A stretch of 64,000 nucleotides of DNA, from contig NC_042997.1 in NCBI RefSeq assembly GCF_006345805.1, positions 29,636,001-29,700,000 of the forward strand, in the 5' to 3' direction. The notes below the pieces were generated by a model that was not told the DNA's origin, did not search any database, and saw nothing but the letters and a program-made list of their open reading frames with translations. Every line of letters starts with the position of its first letter. Positions within the stretch are counted from its first letter, which is position 1. This document shows, piece after piece, positions 21,754-36,400 of this stretch. The DNA is from Octopus sinensis. Lineage: Eukaryota. A program made the translations under genes and the position numbers.

Positions 21754-22658
21754 TCTGTTGAAAACTCCCAGCTTTTGCTGGCTATGATGGACAGTGACAT
21801 CTGTCCACATCTAGCAAAGTAGGTGAAACTTGTTTATTAACCATTGCAGACCCAAGGAATGCTGATTTTTGTAGGTGTTCTATCATTACATTTATACCAA
21901 GCTTTTTGAGTCATGTTGGCAGTAGAAAGCTGATACCTCCAAGTTCGCAAATTGCCCTGGTATCCTATCTAATCTACTGATAGACACAATCTTCCTATTT
22001 CCCGCTTCAAATTGTCGTAGTTGTTTACTTTTTCTTCTGTTTTTTCTCTTTGAACCTATTGTCACCCGGATATGTTATATCGTTTATCATACAATTTTGT
22101 CCTTTTTTTTATTCACCACAACAATGTCCGGTTTCTGACGTCTGGTCAGGTGTCGCATTGAATCGTCGCATCCCAGAAATGTTTGCAATTCTCATCCTCA
22201 GTCACTCATTCTGGGGTGTGCTCCTACCACATATTTTCTCTTCGTAAACCATGATTTCCACAGAGCTTCCAGTGTATCATTCTTGTTACATTGCCATGTA
22301 ATCTTTTGTAATCGCGTCATTCCAATTTCGGGCCTTCGCTAATAATATCCCATACCGATTCACTCCTCTCATCCCGCATTCTGGGTTTGTCGCTCTCGGT
22401 AGTGTTGTTGATGCTGCACTTTACATATTTAGTCCTTAATGCTTATACTTGTGCTGCACATAGAAGGGCAGTGCTTCAGTCCTCTATTTTCAGGTTACCC
22501 CACTCACCATTGCCACCGGACTTCTGTATATGTCTTGGATTTCGTATCTCTTGCAAACTGACCGTACATTTTTTTCCTTCCATGCTGTCTCCTTTTTTGT
22601 CTTCTTCTCTTTAAGCTTTTCTTTCTTCACACAATTTTCACTGTTGATGAATGCAGAC

Positions 22659-22659
<1 letters not shown>
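21754..22659 (-). mobile_element. 3' part of another R4/Dong-like copy of the same subfamily
   Basis: Collinear with 19881-20750 (e.g. ccatgatttccacagagct at ~20380 and ~22250; gcacaagcataaggactaa-like QALRT block; RPDI-type motif ~22130). Flanked by (ATT)n. Confidence 0.85.
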
Positions 22660-22713
<54 letters not shown>

Positions 22714-22732
22714 CGTTATTATTATTATTATT

Positions 22733-23010
22733 CGTATGGGGAAGAAGCATGGACTCCCTACTACAGACATACGAAGAAACTTGAACCCTTTTACATGTGA
22801 TGTTTGCGTCATATGTTTGCGTCATAAAATGGTAAGATAAGATATCCAGAGACGAAATCTTAGAAAACTGTGATATCTCCAGTGTCCAAACATGCTGATA
22901 GAAATTCAATGCAGATAGCTGGGACATGTTGCTCGAATGAAAAATGACCGCATTCTGAATGACCAACAATTGGAGGGATATTGCGTCAAAGGAAGACCTG
23001 TCCTTAGGTA
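22733..23010 (+). mobile_element. RTE-clade LINE fragment (post-RT domain)
   Basis: YGEEAWTPYYRHTKKLEPF...KW*DKIS..EIL...R*LGHVARM.NDRI...GRP matches the RTE C-terminal LYGxEtW...W.GHV.RM pattern. Confidence 0.75.
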
Positions 23011-23579
23011 CAATTATAAGTTGAATTAATCACTAAAATAACATTCACACATCCATTGCAAGCAGATGTAGCTTAGTGTCTTCATTATTTGTATTACTCC
23101 TTTTAACATTAACTCCTCTCTTTCAAGCACTCATACATAGAAACCGATGAGAGTGACCATCGTTATTTGTATGCCTACCACTTCTATTTTGACCACTACA
23201 ACCATAACAACATCTATCACCACCACCAGTACTCCTATTAATATTGGTAATACTCCAAGCAGCGTGATCAGCGATAGTGGTTGTAGCATCATTAGTGGTA
23301 GTGGTGATGCCGATATTAGTTTCAGCATTAACGTTCAAGGAAATTTCAGCGGAGGTGGTGGTAGTGACAGATTTATTAGCATTTTCCTGCCTCTGTTAAG
23401 TGTAGTTATGTCTGGTATATATTTTTATATATGCATGTATATATACATGTAGATGTAGGTACGTACATATATGTTTGTATGTATGCATATATTTTATTTA
23501 TTACGCTATTGTTTGGCAGCGCCCTCGCGTCGGTTCGATTCGATTCGTTCGCTTCGTTCCGTTCTTATTCTCCCAGTAC

Positions 23580-24010
<431 letters not shown>

Positions 24011-24275
24011 TATGTATATTTGTCGAACATAATTTTTCCTTTTTCCCTCCTCTTCCTCCTTCATTTCTTTTATCTCTCTTTCTGGTTCTCTTTCTTTTAC
24101 CAGGATTTATCCATAATATTGTCATTTTTGTCTTTATGCTTTATTTTCTCCCCATCTCTTGTTTCTCAAACCTACCTTATCTTTCTCTGTGAATTGATTT
24201 CCTTCTACTTACCCCTCAAAATGCTCGCAATGTACCCAACTCTAGACGTTAGCTCTTTGAAACATAATGCAATGT

Positions 24276-24540
24276 GGAGGCACGTGGCCTAGTAGTTAGA
24301 GCATCGGTCTCACGGTGGAGGGATTGCGGGTTCGAATCTCAGACCGGGCGATGTGTGTGTTTATGAGCGAAACACCTCGGCTCCACGCGGCTGTGGCAGA
24401 AGGTAATGACGGACTTCTGTTGAATCTTTCGCCACAACTTTCTTTCACTCTTTCCTCCTGCATCTCGCAGCTCACCTGCGACGGACGGGCGTCCCGTCCA
24501 GGTGGAGAACCTATACGCCAAAGAAACCAGGAAATGGCTT
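24276..24540 (+). mobile_element. tRNA-derived SINE, second family, with V-domain-like body
   Basis: A-box-like tggcctagtagttag and B-box ggttcgaatc (24329-24338). cctgcgacggacgggcgtcccgtccagg resembles the V-SINE central domain (from memory). Confidence 0.8.
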
Positions 24541-24746
24541 AAGAGGGAACAAACAAACACAATGCAATAAAGTGTTTACCTGATGACTCTTTGTGATGAC
24601 CATCAAATTACACTTACAACATACAATGGAGTGTTCCAAACACGTAGGTAGGAACAAATTATCCATACTTGTCTTATCGTAATTTGCTCAGTATATCACT
24701 AAGCATAACGCAGTTGTAACAGCCATACATCACACACGCACACATG

Positions 24747-24814
<68 letters not shown>

Positions 24815-24912
24815 GTCTACTACCTTCAGAATCGTTCCTTCAACCAAGATAGCTGGTTCCATATATGGATTTCCTGGTGCAGGCTGGAACATTACAACAG
24901 TCTTGTCCAGGC
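24815..24912 (-). mobile_element. RTE RT fragment between microsatellites
   Basis: [31 protein letters not shown] is the typical RTE K(K)TxVMxQPaP motif. Confidence 0.75.
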
Positions 24913-24983
24913 ATACATACATACATAAATACATAATGCATAAATGCATATATATATATATATATATACATGCTTAAATACAT

Positions 24984-25029
<46 letters not shown>

Positions 25030-25035
25030 GCTTAA

Positions 25036-25068
<33 letters not shown>

Positions 25069-25326
25069 CATACATACACACATACATACATATATACATA
25101 TACATATATATATATATATTATATATATATATATATACATACATGTATACATACATGTATACATACATACACACACACAAACGCATACACACATGCACAC
25201 ATATCATCATCATCGGTCTTCAATGATGGCATGGGTTGGACAGTTGGACAGGATCTGACGCGCCGGAGATCTACGTCGAGCTCCAATGTCTGCATATACT
25301 CATATATTAATGAATATATACGCACG

Positions 25327-25382
<56 letters not shown>

Positions 25383-25400
25383 TATATGTGTGTGTATGTA
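24912..25400. repeat. Compound (TA)n/(CATA)n/(CA)n microsatellite region
   Basis: Directly visible. Confidence 0.93.
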
Positions 25401-28400
25401 TGTACAAAATTATAACTCCAAGGAAACTAATGGAATGTGACATGGTCGTAAGGATGATAAGCTGGAGAGTGAGTTGAAAGGAAATAAAGGACACTGATTA
25501 TTGAGAGGACACTGGGTCCAAGGCAGATGTACAATCGACAACGTGGGTTGCGTATGCGAGCAACGTCGATTACAATAATTTGAATAGAATTTGTTGATTG
25601 TGATTGATATATACGGTGTGCAGAGAATGTAGTCCTAATTGATTCTGAAAATATTGGTTTTCATTTTTCATAGCACTCTTTAAATAACAGAACATTGTTT
25701 GATATTGATAGAAACTTACAAAGCTATTCCTATTGATTTATCTGAAAATAGTAACTAACACATCTAAAGAAGGCATGGCTAAAGATTCTAGGGACGATCA
25801 ATATCAAATATAACTTCAGTGATTTAGTGGCGATATTGCGGAAAGGATTTGGAGTGCCATGTATCGATAGAGTTGGACAAAGTGCTTTAAACCGCGTTAA
25901 CTTTTATTCATCCATACCGTTGTCGATTTCCGTCTACGTTTTTGAATAATTGTAGAATCATCCCAATCGAATTAATCGTTTATTCTGTTCCATATCAGCC
26001 TCTGTCCAATGCGGGAAATCGTTTTTTATTATTGTTGTGTTTTAATGTTTCTCTTAAATTGGGAGATCTATTGTATGCAAATGTAACAGCGTCCAACTTC
26101 TATTTTCGTTTCGTGTTTCCACTATATACATAGCAAGTTCAGACGTTTATGTTCAAAATTCCATTTACAGAGAGTTCGGCTAAATTATTATACTACAATA
26201 TCCGTAATATATACGTAAACATATGTGAACGATAGCGTTCACCATCATCGAATATATCTTTAATATTGTTTCCTTGATATACTTCGTTCTATTTGTGGTG
26301 CATTAAATACAAATGAATATAAATCTACAATAAATACTCTTCTTTCTTCTCTTAATTTCATAAAATCTTTCCGCTTGCGGTTAATACGATTATAAGAAAC
26401 AGCAACACGTATAATATGCAAAATCGGTGTAAAGTCCTAGCAAAAATGATATCGCTATTTATATATCGCTATGTAACGTACGTTACTTACTTTTTACGAT
26501 AAATATGCTTTTTTAGTGAAGGAGTCAGATATTAGTTATCTTATGCTGTATAGGTTTCTGTTCAATGTATCTGTTTACGTTCATATATTAACTTCTTACA
26601 TGTTGGACTCGTGCAATTCCACCACAAACACGGTTTATTTAGCGCTCTAAAAATATCAAAATAATGAATGTGAACGGGTAAAATCACACGAAAATCACAG
26701 CAACGTCATCACCACCAACTCACTGACTAACAAGAAATACAGTTCATCGCTGCTACCACACGTCGCAACGATTAACTATTATTATCATTAAATGTGTCGC
26801 CACCTTCAGAAGCCCCATGGAGTTCATCATTTTCACTACCTATCTTATTCTTTTGTGCGATGTATGATATTCATTCCCTCACTTTTATTTCCTAATTTTC
26901 TTCCCATGTATTTACTTCTTCCAAAGTATTTACTTCCATTTTGTTTTTTAATAGTTTAACTTTCTTTCTTCCTTTATCTTTCTCTCTCTCTTCCTCTCTC
27001 TCGCACTTACTCACTAAGTTGTGCGTTCATATCGCTTACTTTGCTCTTCGAAAATTTAGAGGTGATAAAATGAATACTATACAGTAATACTGGTGTCAAT
27101 CTTTCAATATAGCCCTGTTAGAAACTAATAATTAAATATAGTTTGATATATGATGAAAGTAACTCTTATTCGATTAGTAATGAATTTCCGAAGGCCTTTC
27201 GCAAAAAACAAACAAACAGAAACTCCTGCTGTCTATTTTTAAAAGCAAGAAATCTAGTGGTGAATACAAATCAAATGGAAGTGGGAAATAGGCTGATATA
27301 CCTTATGATGAATGGGTAACAATGATTCGTAAGCCAGTAGTATAGAGCATCAACAACTCCGCCTATTGTGTTCTCAACTCCCTATATCCTTATTTCTGTT
27401 GTTCGTCTGCTTATTCAATCTCTTAAACAACTCTCCTTGTAACACGAGTAATAATCGCCGTGTGAAGAGTACAAGACTATTGTGAGCTAGAGAATTAATA
27501 GCTCATTGTACTCGTTAAAATTTTTAATGATATAATCTTCTGATTGGATCGCGCTGCGTTGGTTAAAATAGTTTTGATTATTCTATTAGTCTACAGGTGC
27601 ATCCGGACATTTACAACTGAATTATTCGTATAATCAAAGGACTCAAACCTTTATGATCTGAAGAACATCTTTAGTATACTGTGTTCTACATGTGATTTTG
27701 TAATCAGGATTATTATTGAAGTAGTTTATGTTAAATAACATAACATTAGATTGAACTGCAGTGATGTTTTCTTTTTATTTTATATAGGCACTAAATATTC
27801 AATATTTTAGTTAAACTTAATTTCATTTCTTTGCCAGTGCTGAATCCAATTAGTTTTATGATCGTAGGATCTTGATAGAATATGATATATTGCAAAACTA
27901 TTTCATGAAGAATGGACTCACTGGAAACCGTGCGCCAATTTTTAGCCCAATCGGAAAAATCCTAACGCTAAATTGGATACCATAAATAATCATATGCGTT
28001 TCTAATGTACTATAATTTAAGAATATAATCAACTTGAAATTGAATAGAGTCGAAACGAATTGTAATTCTGATTGTTATTTTATTTCTTTGTCTTTAGATG
28101 CAAGTTTTATGTTGCCAATTCTGATCTAATGTCAGTCGAGACAATCTGAAATTTAATATTAGGGCTGAATGTTTTTCTGCGTTTCATTCAATTTAGATCT
28201 AGATATTTGCCTAATAAATTCGCATAGAAATGTTAACTAAGCTATGATTTATATAGTATTACACATCACTAAAATGACCTCTTGTTTTAGCAATATAATG
28301 GGTGAATTTGTTTCCTATGGTTGCAGCATTAATGCTGAAGAATAGAATACTTAAACAACTGAAAATAATTACAAACAATATTTCTTTTAGATTCGGTCTT

Positions 28401-28709
28401 ACGCGCTGATAAATATGCCTGCGCTTACATAGGGTCAAACAGAAAAAATTCTTATTGTAGGAAAACACTGAAATGCACACTATCAGGCATTGCACTTTAC
28501 AATGAGAAATTTCATAATTCTGTTAACGTTTGAAAAATATTTAGGGAAAAATCTCCTCACCACATTGAAGAAATTTTTCATCCATGGAAATAATTATTTA
28601 CTCCTCATGCATCATACGTATTCGTTATTGAACTGCAAAAATTAAAAAAAGAATTGAAAGAGAACTTACGAGTTATTCCAAATTGATTGAGCACCTGGTC
28701 TTTCAGTGT

Positions 28710-30290
28710 CAAACATATATGTTTTATATGGGAAAATGCGAGCAAAAGAAAAATATTCTTAAGATTATAAACCTGGAAAATTACACAAAATATTACACTT
28801 TGAAAAGTTTAGGAAACCTTATTACATCTGGTAAACTACAGAACAAGAAAATGTTTACTTAAATTATTGAAGCTGAAGATAAAATTTTAAATAAAATATT
28901 TAGATATAGAAAATATTTGTTTTTATTAAAACAAAAATGTTCTTACGTTGTTACTTCTATTTGTTACTTGTTACTTCTATTAAAAATCAAAAATTATTCA
29001 AAATATTTTTTGCACTTATGTCAAGTAATATTTAAAAATTTGAAAATAGGTTATAAAAATTAATAGTACAATAAATAGAATAATACAAAAATTAGTTATA
29101 TATTACAGTAAAATCTACCTATAACAACATATTCACAATAAAATTGGCTTGAGTTATTGCTTAAGTAACTGCTACATATTCACGTTTTTAGTCTTGACAC
29201 AATACCTATTTTTACATAAAGAAGTTGCCTACTATTCTACTTTGCTGTTGGTTCTTCTGGCTGTCATTGTTTCAAGTACTCTAGTGTGTCAATTTTTTAA
29301 TAACATGTTGGTACCTTTTTTTAATTATATTGCTACCTCGTAAATAAAAAAATCAAGTAATTTTTAATATTCAAATTTTAATCTTAGTTGCAATATTTCA
29401 TGGAAATATTTTCTTGTTCTGTAATTTAGTAGACGTAATAAGTTGTCCTGCACTTTCCAAGTAAAATAACTTGTCCTATAATTTTCCAGGTTTATAATCT
29501 TAAGAATATTTTTTCTCTTGCTCGCATTATTTCATGTAATCTATGTTTTTTTCCAGTCTATGCTATTATGCTAATTCAGAACGTGTTACATATGCCAATT
29601 AGCAGTGTTGTTGATAATTTTTTCCTTAACACAATAACGCCAGTGACATATATTAAAAGACTCTCATAGAACTATATTCTTAAAAATAGTATAGAAATAT
29701 ATTTTTCACCCTCAAATGTGAGAAACAAACACTTATAACGTTTTTGTTTAAAAAAACCTCATTGCATGGGATTGATACCATGAAATTCCTCGAATTGAGC
29801 TCTATCATTTAAGTTTAATTAAAATATACTTTGTTTTTAAAATAAAAAAACGTAATTATTCTCAAATCCAATTTTTGGCCTCATATTGTTTTTCAGGATA
29901 TTGTAGCTCACAACATTTTGATACAAAATTTGTTGCATGGGAACAAATCTATGAAATTTTTCGTACCTTCTTCTATCATTGACGCTAAGATAAATATATT
30001 TTGCTTTTAAAACAAAAAGTTATTTCGATCTAAATATTGATTGGGAGCGATAATTACGCTCCTGTAACGTTGCTACAAATTTTGATGTAAACCTTTTTCT
30101 TCTGGATCAAATCTCAATTTCCCCATTCCAAAATGTAGCCTCTTCAAACATGCTTAGAAGTTTCAATTTAGTTAAGAACTTAATTAACGATAAGCTCTGA
30201 AATACGATACTTGCGAGTAAATTGCAGCCTTAAGAATATTATTCAACTACTACCGTAGTTGAATGATATGACAAAGTATGCATATCATGA
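28710..30290 (+). mobile_element. Non-coding DNA-transposon 5' region containing an ~870-bp inverted-repeat domain; homologous to the reverse complement of 52490-54215
   Basis: Shared blocks include aatattcttaagattataaacctggaaaa (28761; reverse complement at ~29490), tagaactatattc, aagcaaaatatatttatcttagcgtca, ccttaagaatattatt. Confidence 0.8.
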
Positions 30291-33200
30291 TTTTACTGAA
30301 TACAAAACTGTAAGATGAAAATAATTCGAAGTCAGTTGTATAAGATATAGCTCAGCATTGTTGAAATGTTATATATCTGCAAGTGACCTCTTTTTTGGTA
30401 GTGTATATTTACATATAATCTTCACTCACACACATTCATGTGAACTTAATTTCGATCCTAGATATCAGGAATATACTGGGGATATAAATGAAATAGGATA
30501 ATATTCGAGAGATATCTTCAGTGTATATGAATATGACAGTACACTTTACCTTTGTATACTTCTCTGGGTAAGGGATATTTACTTTGTGTTAATGTAGCAA
30601 ACATGGGTGTAAGGTGAGTGTATACGGAAATTGTTGGAAATCCTGTGTTTGTTATTTCTTATTTGTATTTATCTTATCGCTTTTAAATAATATTCAAATA
30701 AGCATGGCGCTTATCCACGAATACAAATATGCCATATTTTAATTGAAATGTTCGGAAATTGCCTAGTGGACGCTACCTAATTCATGCAAATGCTTTAATA
30801 GTTTGAGATAACGTAAAGTAACTTCACACTACAGATATACACGTTTTTATCAGGCATTCCAATTCTCTTCTGCCGATGTAACTATTGAAAGCTATTTCAG
30901 TGAAAGCGAATACTAAAAGATTTAAATCACTATAAGAAGTAATTTCTAAATATCGTTTATATTGACGAAACAAGGAAATTCAATGTTAGGAAGGTATTTC
31001 AAAATGTATTATTCTTGCATTAACATACTACGTTAACAAAATTGCAAATAGGCTGTCCAACTCTAGAAGGTTTAGCAGCATGAAAAATATCCATTGTTCC
31101 TTTATTTCATCTCATGATACTAACAAAAGTAGGTTCGCCATGTCACATTACTTGAAAATGAGGAATCCTCTGAGTACACACTCGCTCTGCCTGAAATAGC
31201 AACAAATGCTATTATAAGTTTACCTCGTCTTAAATAAAGGAAAAAGTCAGTGTCAATTCTTATATCTATATAAAATAAAGGGGAGATAGTAATGGCTAAA
31301 AAGCATTTGGTAAGAAGTCTGTTTGGTGAGGACTTTCCTTTGATAAGTAAAATCTCCATGTATACGGATTATTAATGAATACCCTGTTTGGAGTTAGCGG
31401 TCAGGTTAATAGTTCATACCTTTCAACAAAGAAAATTATTATTTTTATTAAGAAAACAGGCACAGTAAACAAATTTTATGAGGCAGAGAGGAATAAAATT
31501 TTATGCTGAAACCAGTTTGAATTGGGAGAAATGGAAGACTGATGGTCGTTAGATATCATACTGGAAAATCAGAATCACAATATCATTATTACAAGTGAAA
31601 TAAAATGTCATTCCCTTAAAGCATTTGGTTGTCATATGAGCGATTTCCTTTGTATTCGAGTAGAATGATATATTTATATACATCAATATGGTCCCCTTCA
31701 TCTCTGGCTCCTTTATTTTCGCAACAAAAAATAACTACTCCTGATTCATAGAACAGCTAGAAGGCAAATACACTCTTTGTGTCCCCACAAACGATTCTCG
31801 TAATGTATTAACCTAAGTTGACCCTGATGTAATGATAGAAGATGTAATTTCGCCTACTAGATTCTTTCATTTGAGAAATAAATTGCATATCCTAATTTCC
31901 AAATTATTCTGTAATTAAATTTTTACCCAGGTTTACAAGTCACCATGACCCCCAATGCAACTGACGCACTTGTTAAAGCAGTGTCATTGTGAGATGTTGT
32001 TTTGAACTTCTGTTTCTCTTTATTGTGATGCTTTATGGTTATTTTCAAAGACGAAACATGCTATTTTCTATCGAAAGACGTAACAAAATATCATACTGTT
32101 TATTTCTATAAACGAATAAGTAGGAGTTAAACTTGTTTTGTGTAAAATAGCTACCATATAGCTATACATTATTGTTTTACTTATTTGAACATATAAATGT
32201 TTTGATGGTTTGAATGTAGATAATATTCGATCCTCAACATATTTAGCTACAATACAAAACTTGAGTGCTGGTATATTTTTATTATGCAATCTCAAATATT
32301 CATACGTTAGAGAGTCAAAGCTGTTTCCTGCAAATTTAATAGCATCATAGAAGATGACTATTTTATTATTTTTTTCAGTGGGATCATACAAGTTGAATTA
32401 TAACCAGATAGCGAGAATATGTTTTTTTCATTTTTACGATGCATTGTGTATTTTAAATATATTTCAATACAGTGATCATTGAATAATGCTGTGTTATGGA
32501 AATGAATCAATTGGCATTCCTGAATAAAAGCTAGAAAACCAATGAATACAAATAAAATTTGAAAAGAACATTTTTAAAATACTTTGAACACTCAATAATA
32601 GAATGTTCAGCATTTAAATTCTAATGATTGGTACGATTATAATGAATACGCAAAATGATTCCTACACTATTTAGACAGCTGTCTGCAAAAGAATTAGTGT
32701 CCTGACTTAAAACAGAAATCATGTACGATAACGTTAATGGTATTTGAAATCTGACTTCACTCAGTTGTTGTTGATTAAAATCTAAATTACAACTGATGGG
32801 ACATCAGGTTTTTATCTTATTATAATCCCCATAGTAGTCTTTTTGTTCGTTTGTTTTCTAATTCGAATAGAATTATTTTGCATTTCACATGTTTAATGAA
32901 ATTGGTTACAGTCAAAAATCTAAATCATTTTGTTTTCTGTTTCCACTGCCTTTTAAATTTCTCTCCGGATTTCTTTTAAAAGAAAAATTAAAGATTAACT
33001 TAAACTGACGTATCTAAACTTCTATCTTGAACGTTTATACCAACTGGAAGAGTTGCTTGAAAAGTCTCTGTCCACTAATGGTGACATTAAGAGAGGGCTA
33101 AATCTTAATTACAGAATAATTCTGAAATTAGTATAAATGATATATTTCCGAAATGTTGACAAACATATTAATATAAAGAGCTAAAACTATAGAAAAGCGA

Positions 33201-33309
33201 TATTCATCCAATTCATTCAAAGAATGGGGATGGTAAAACTGAAGGTATTGGCTGCTGAAGCAAATAAAAATATTACTAAATTCAAATGAAATGGAAATAA
33301 CTATTAATA

Positions 33310-33485
33310 AACCTATTGGGGATGAGGTAAGTCGATCGCATCGACCCCAGTACTCAACTGCTACTTATCCTATCGACACCGAAAAAATGAAAGGCAAACT
33401 CGACCACGAAGGAATGTGAAGACGGATGAGATGCCGCTAAGCATTTTGTCTGGTGCGCTAACGACTCTGTCAGCTCACCACCTTA
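33310..33485 (-). mobile_element. tRNA-derived SINE, third family (Meta-domain-like), decayed
   Basis: atcgaccccagtactcaactg...atgaaaggcaaactcgacc...gctaagcatttt...gctcaccaccttaa is shared with 49862, 57782 and 59912. Confidence 0.8.
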
Positions 33486-36400
33486 ATGTAAAATAAAGAA
33501 TTACAGAATTAATCAATTACTTGTCTGAATAATTTTTGCCTTCTAACTTCCAAACCTACCAAACTCAAATTTAGCAGTCAACGTTGAGATGAACAATCTT
33601 ATGTCGTTATACGTTCAAAGTTGCACTAGGTAAAAGATTATTTTACCGGAAAAATGAATACATTGACCAATTCTGTTTTTTCAAACATTTAATTCTTGTA
33701 TTAAAGTATTTGAGTACGAGTGCATATTTCTGTTTGCGAAGGTTACATGTGAAGTGCATGCACGTCTTTGTGGCAAGTCAAATTGCTTGAACTTCGTTAT
33801 CTAATATGCTATAAGACGATATGTTGCGATCATACCACACAAATGGACAGTTGTAAAAATATGCAGGTTGTATGCTTAGAATTGCGTGTATTTAAAATTT
33901 CGAAAACCACTGGCTTTACATGCTTCGTTTTATGCGGATAGTTGCAGTTTTGTGCCAACATTCTTAGATTTTTCTGCTTATCCATCCTCGTCGAATTGGA
34001 ACCAACGAAGAACTGACTACTTTGAGTCTACGCCAGCAAAAGAAGTGTTGACAAATGGGAAATCTCTCTCTCTCTCTCACTCTCTCTCTCTCTCTCTCAC
34101 TCTCTCTCTCTTTAGGATATGTCTTTCTATTATAAGTCCCTTCGCTTATTTTCTTCTTTCTTGATGTAGTAAAAACTTATATCTGTATACAAATCTTGAC
34201 TTGAAAATAGCGATAATATATTCAGCAGTTCAGGGCAGCTACATAACGGCAACAAATTTTACGCTTAAAAAAATATTGACAAATTGCCAATTTGCATTTT
34301 GTAAAAATGCGCTACTGATTTTTTTCCCTTTACATATCGATACGGAGATGAGAAAACAAAATAAGTTTTCTTCACTGTGTTAAAAATGCGTCCTTTTTTC
34401 AACATAAATTTATAGGCAATATCCTATTCGTTTAATATTAAATAAAATTTCTATTATGTGGAAATCCTATTTTAAAACAAACTAGGAACAAACATACACA
34501 ATTTTCAAACTCCAGTGTAATTAGCATTTCCAATCAGGCTGTTTCAAGTATATACACATGTATGTATGTAAACACACCTTTACTCTGATATTTTGATACA
34601 AGAACAATATATCTGGTGTAATGGAATTATACGATGAATTAGTTCCTCAGTTAAACACGCTTCTAATTTTAACACAACGGTATAAATATTAGGATCTTAA
34701 TTGATCCGCCCAGCATTTCCTAAATTGAGATAAAAAATTTTCTTTTAAATATTGTAAGGCATTTAGGACAGGAAATTGCTAATTTGACAATTAACTGCTG
34801 CTTTTCACGTTTCCATTAATTATTTCTGAGACAAAAAAAATTTGAAGAGGAAATTTGAAATGATTGTTTCAACTTCAGTTCTTGAGTGGTATGTTTTATC
34901 TATCCACACGGAAATGTTGAAAATCAAAAGTGACGCCGACAGTTTTTTTCTATACAATGCATAGAGTTGTAAATAAATATTGGAATTTGTTTTGCTCGTC
35001 GCTCTAAAGATTCTGCTTATCTATCGTCTTTAAGTTTCCATTATTGATAATCTGGCGCAGTTGGATCCACTATTATACTTCAGTTGTTAAATTCTGTCGA
35101 TTCGCCATCCCTTTTATACAGATAAATAAATCTCATGTATAGTTTTAATTGCTGGGTTATAAAAATTTGACAACATTCAGGAAATGCAATGATTATACTA
35201 ATTTAATTATCCTTCTTACATTTTAATCCCAGCGGTACAAGTGGGAAAAGCCTTCTGAGGATTCTATTCTAGTTGCTAAACTAATTTGATATTAGCAGGT
35301 TAGATACACTAATCGGAATTATTTATTGCCTTTAAAACCTTTAATAAGTTGCTGAAAAATATTTTTGAGTGGGAAATAAAACAATAATTTTGAATTAAGT
35401 AAGACAATGAAAATCTCTACACAGAATTGCAAAAATTTAAGTATTTTATTTAATGCGTATGAAGTCGCGAGGAAACGAACATGCTTTAATATTTATTCTA
35501 TTTCATCTTTCATAAAATTCTGCCGCGTTACACCTATATACGTTAAAGAAATTCCTTCTTATTTTCTTTTTTCCTTTTCTTTTTTTTTGTAAACCATCTA
35601 TTTATCGGCATTAAATGCTTCCCAGAATCAAAGAATGTTAAATGCGACTAGTCAAATGAAAAGAGCCAGTGACGTGATGCAATTTGCAAGAGACGTTGAA
35701 CTAAGTCGCTGAATGTGAAGTAATATCATATGCAGTTGCAAAAGTATAAAAATATAAAGGTATAAACTAATTCTGCTTCGCAGTATCTTAGAAGTGTGTC
35801 TCTTCATAAAGAGAAGACACAAAATATTAATGAAAGTTCTTTTTATCCAAATGCGTAGATATAAAAAGTTACGTAACTATCTTCCTTATATCCGAAGATT
35901 TCACATTAAATTCTTGTTCTACGATTAATGTGATAGATAGATGGCCGTGAACACTCTTACAAATGATGATATCTTTGCTTTATAGTACCATGTCAGACCA
36001 CATGAAATAGATATAATAATAGTTATCCTAGCCGTTACCCCTTCACCTGAGGTAACTAAGAATTACATTACCCATTCTTTTGTACCGTTCCTAATACATA
36101 CGTTGGATGTAAGATTGGATGCACTGTTATTTATGGCAAGAGGATCTACACTCTATATCAAACACGTTGTCTCAAGCTTCTCATCAGCGAAGTAACTTGG
36201 CACTGATAAAATATTAGGTTTCTTCATTAGTGTGGAAATTAAGATACGAAGTGTTGTAAATGTCTAATATCGAGGAAATTCTCGGATTATTCTAGATAAA
36301 AATTCCGGGACATGTGATAACCTGATGTCGATCGGGTATCTGAGATTTTTTTGCCCCAACTTCGAAAAAAAAGTAAAGAAGTAGAAGCTACAGTTAGCAA

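Noticed and set aside
24276-24345. tRNA gene calls at SINE heads (also 37418 and 46480-46545)
   Set aside because: No complete cloverleaf; each head continues into a SINE body.
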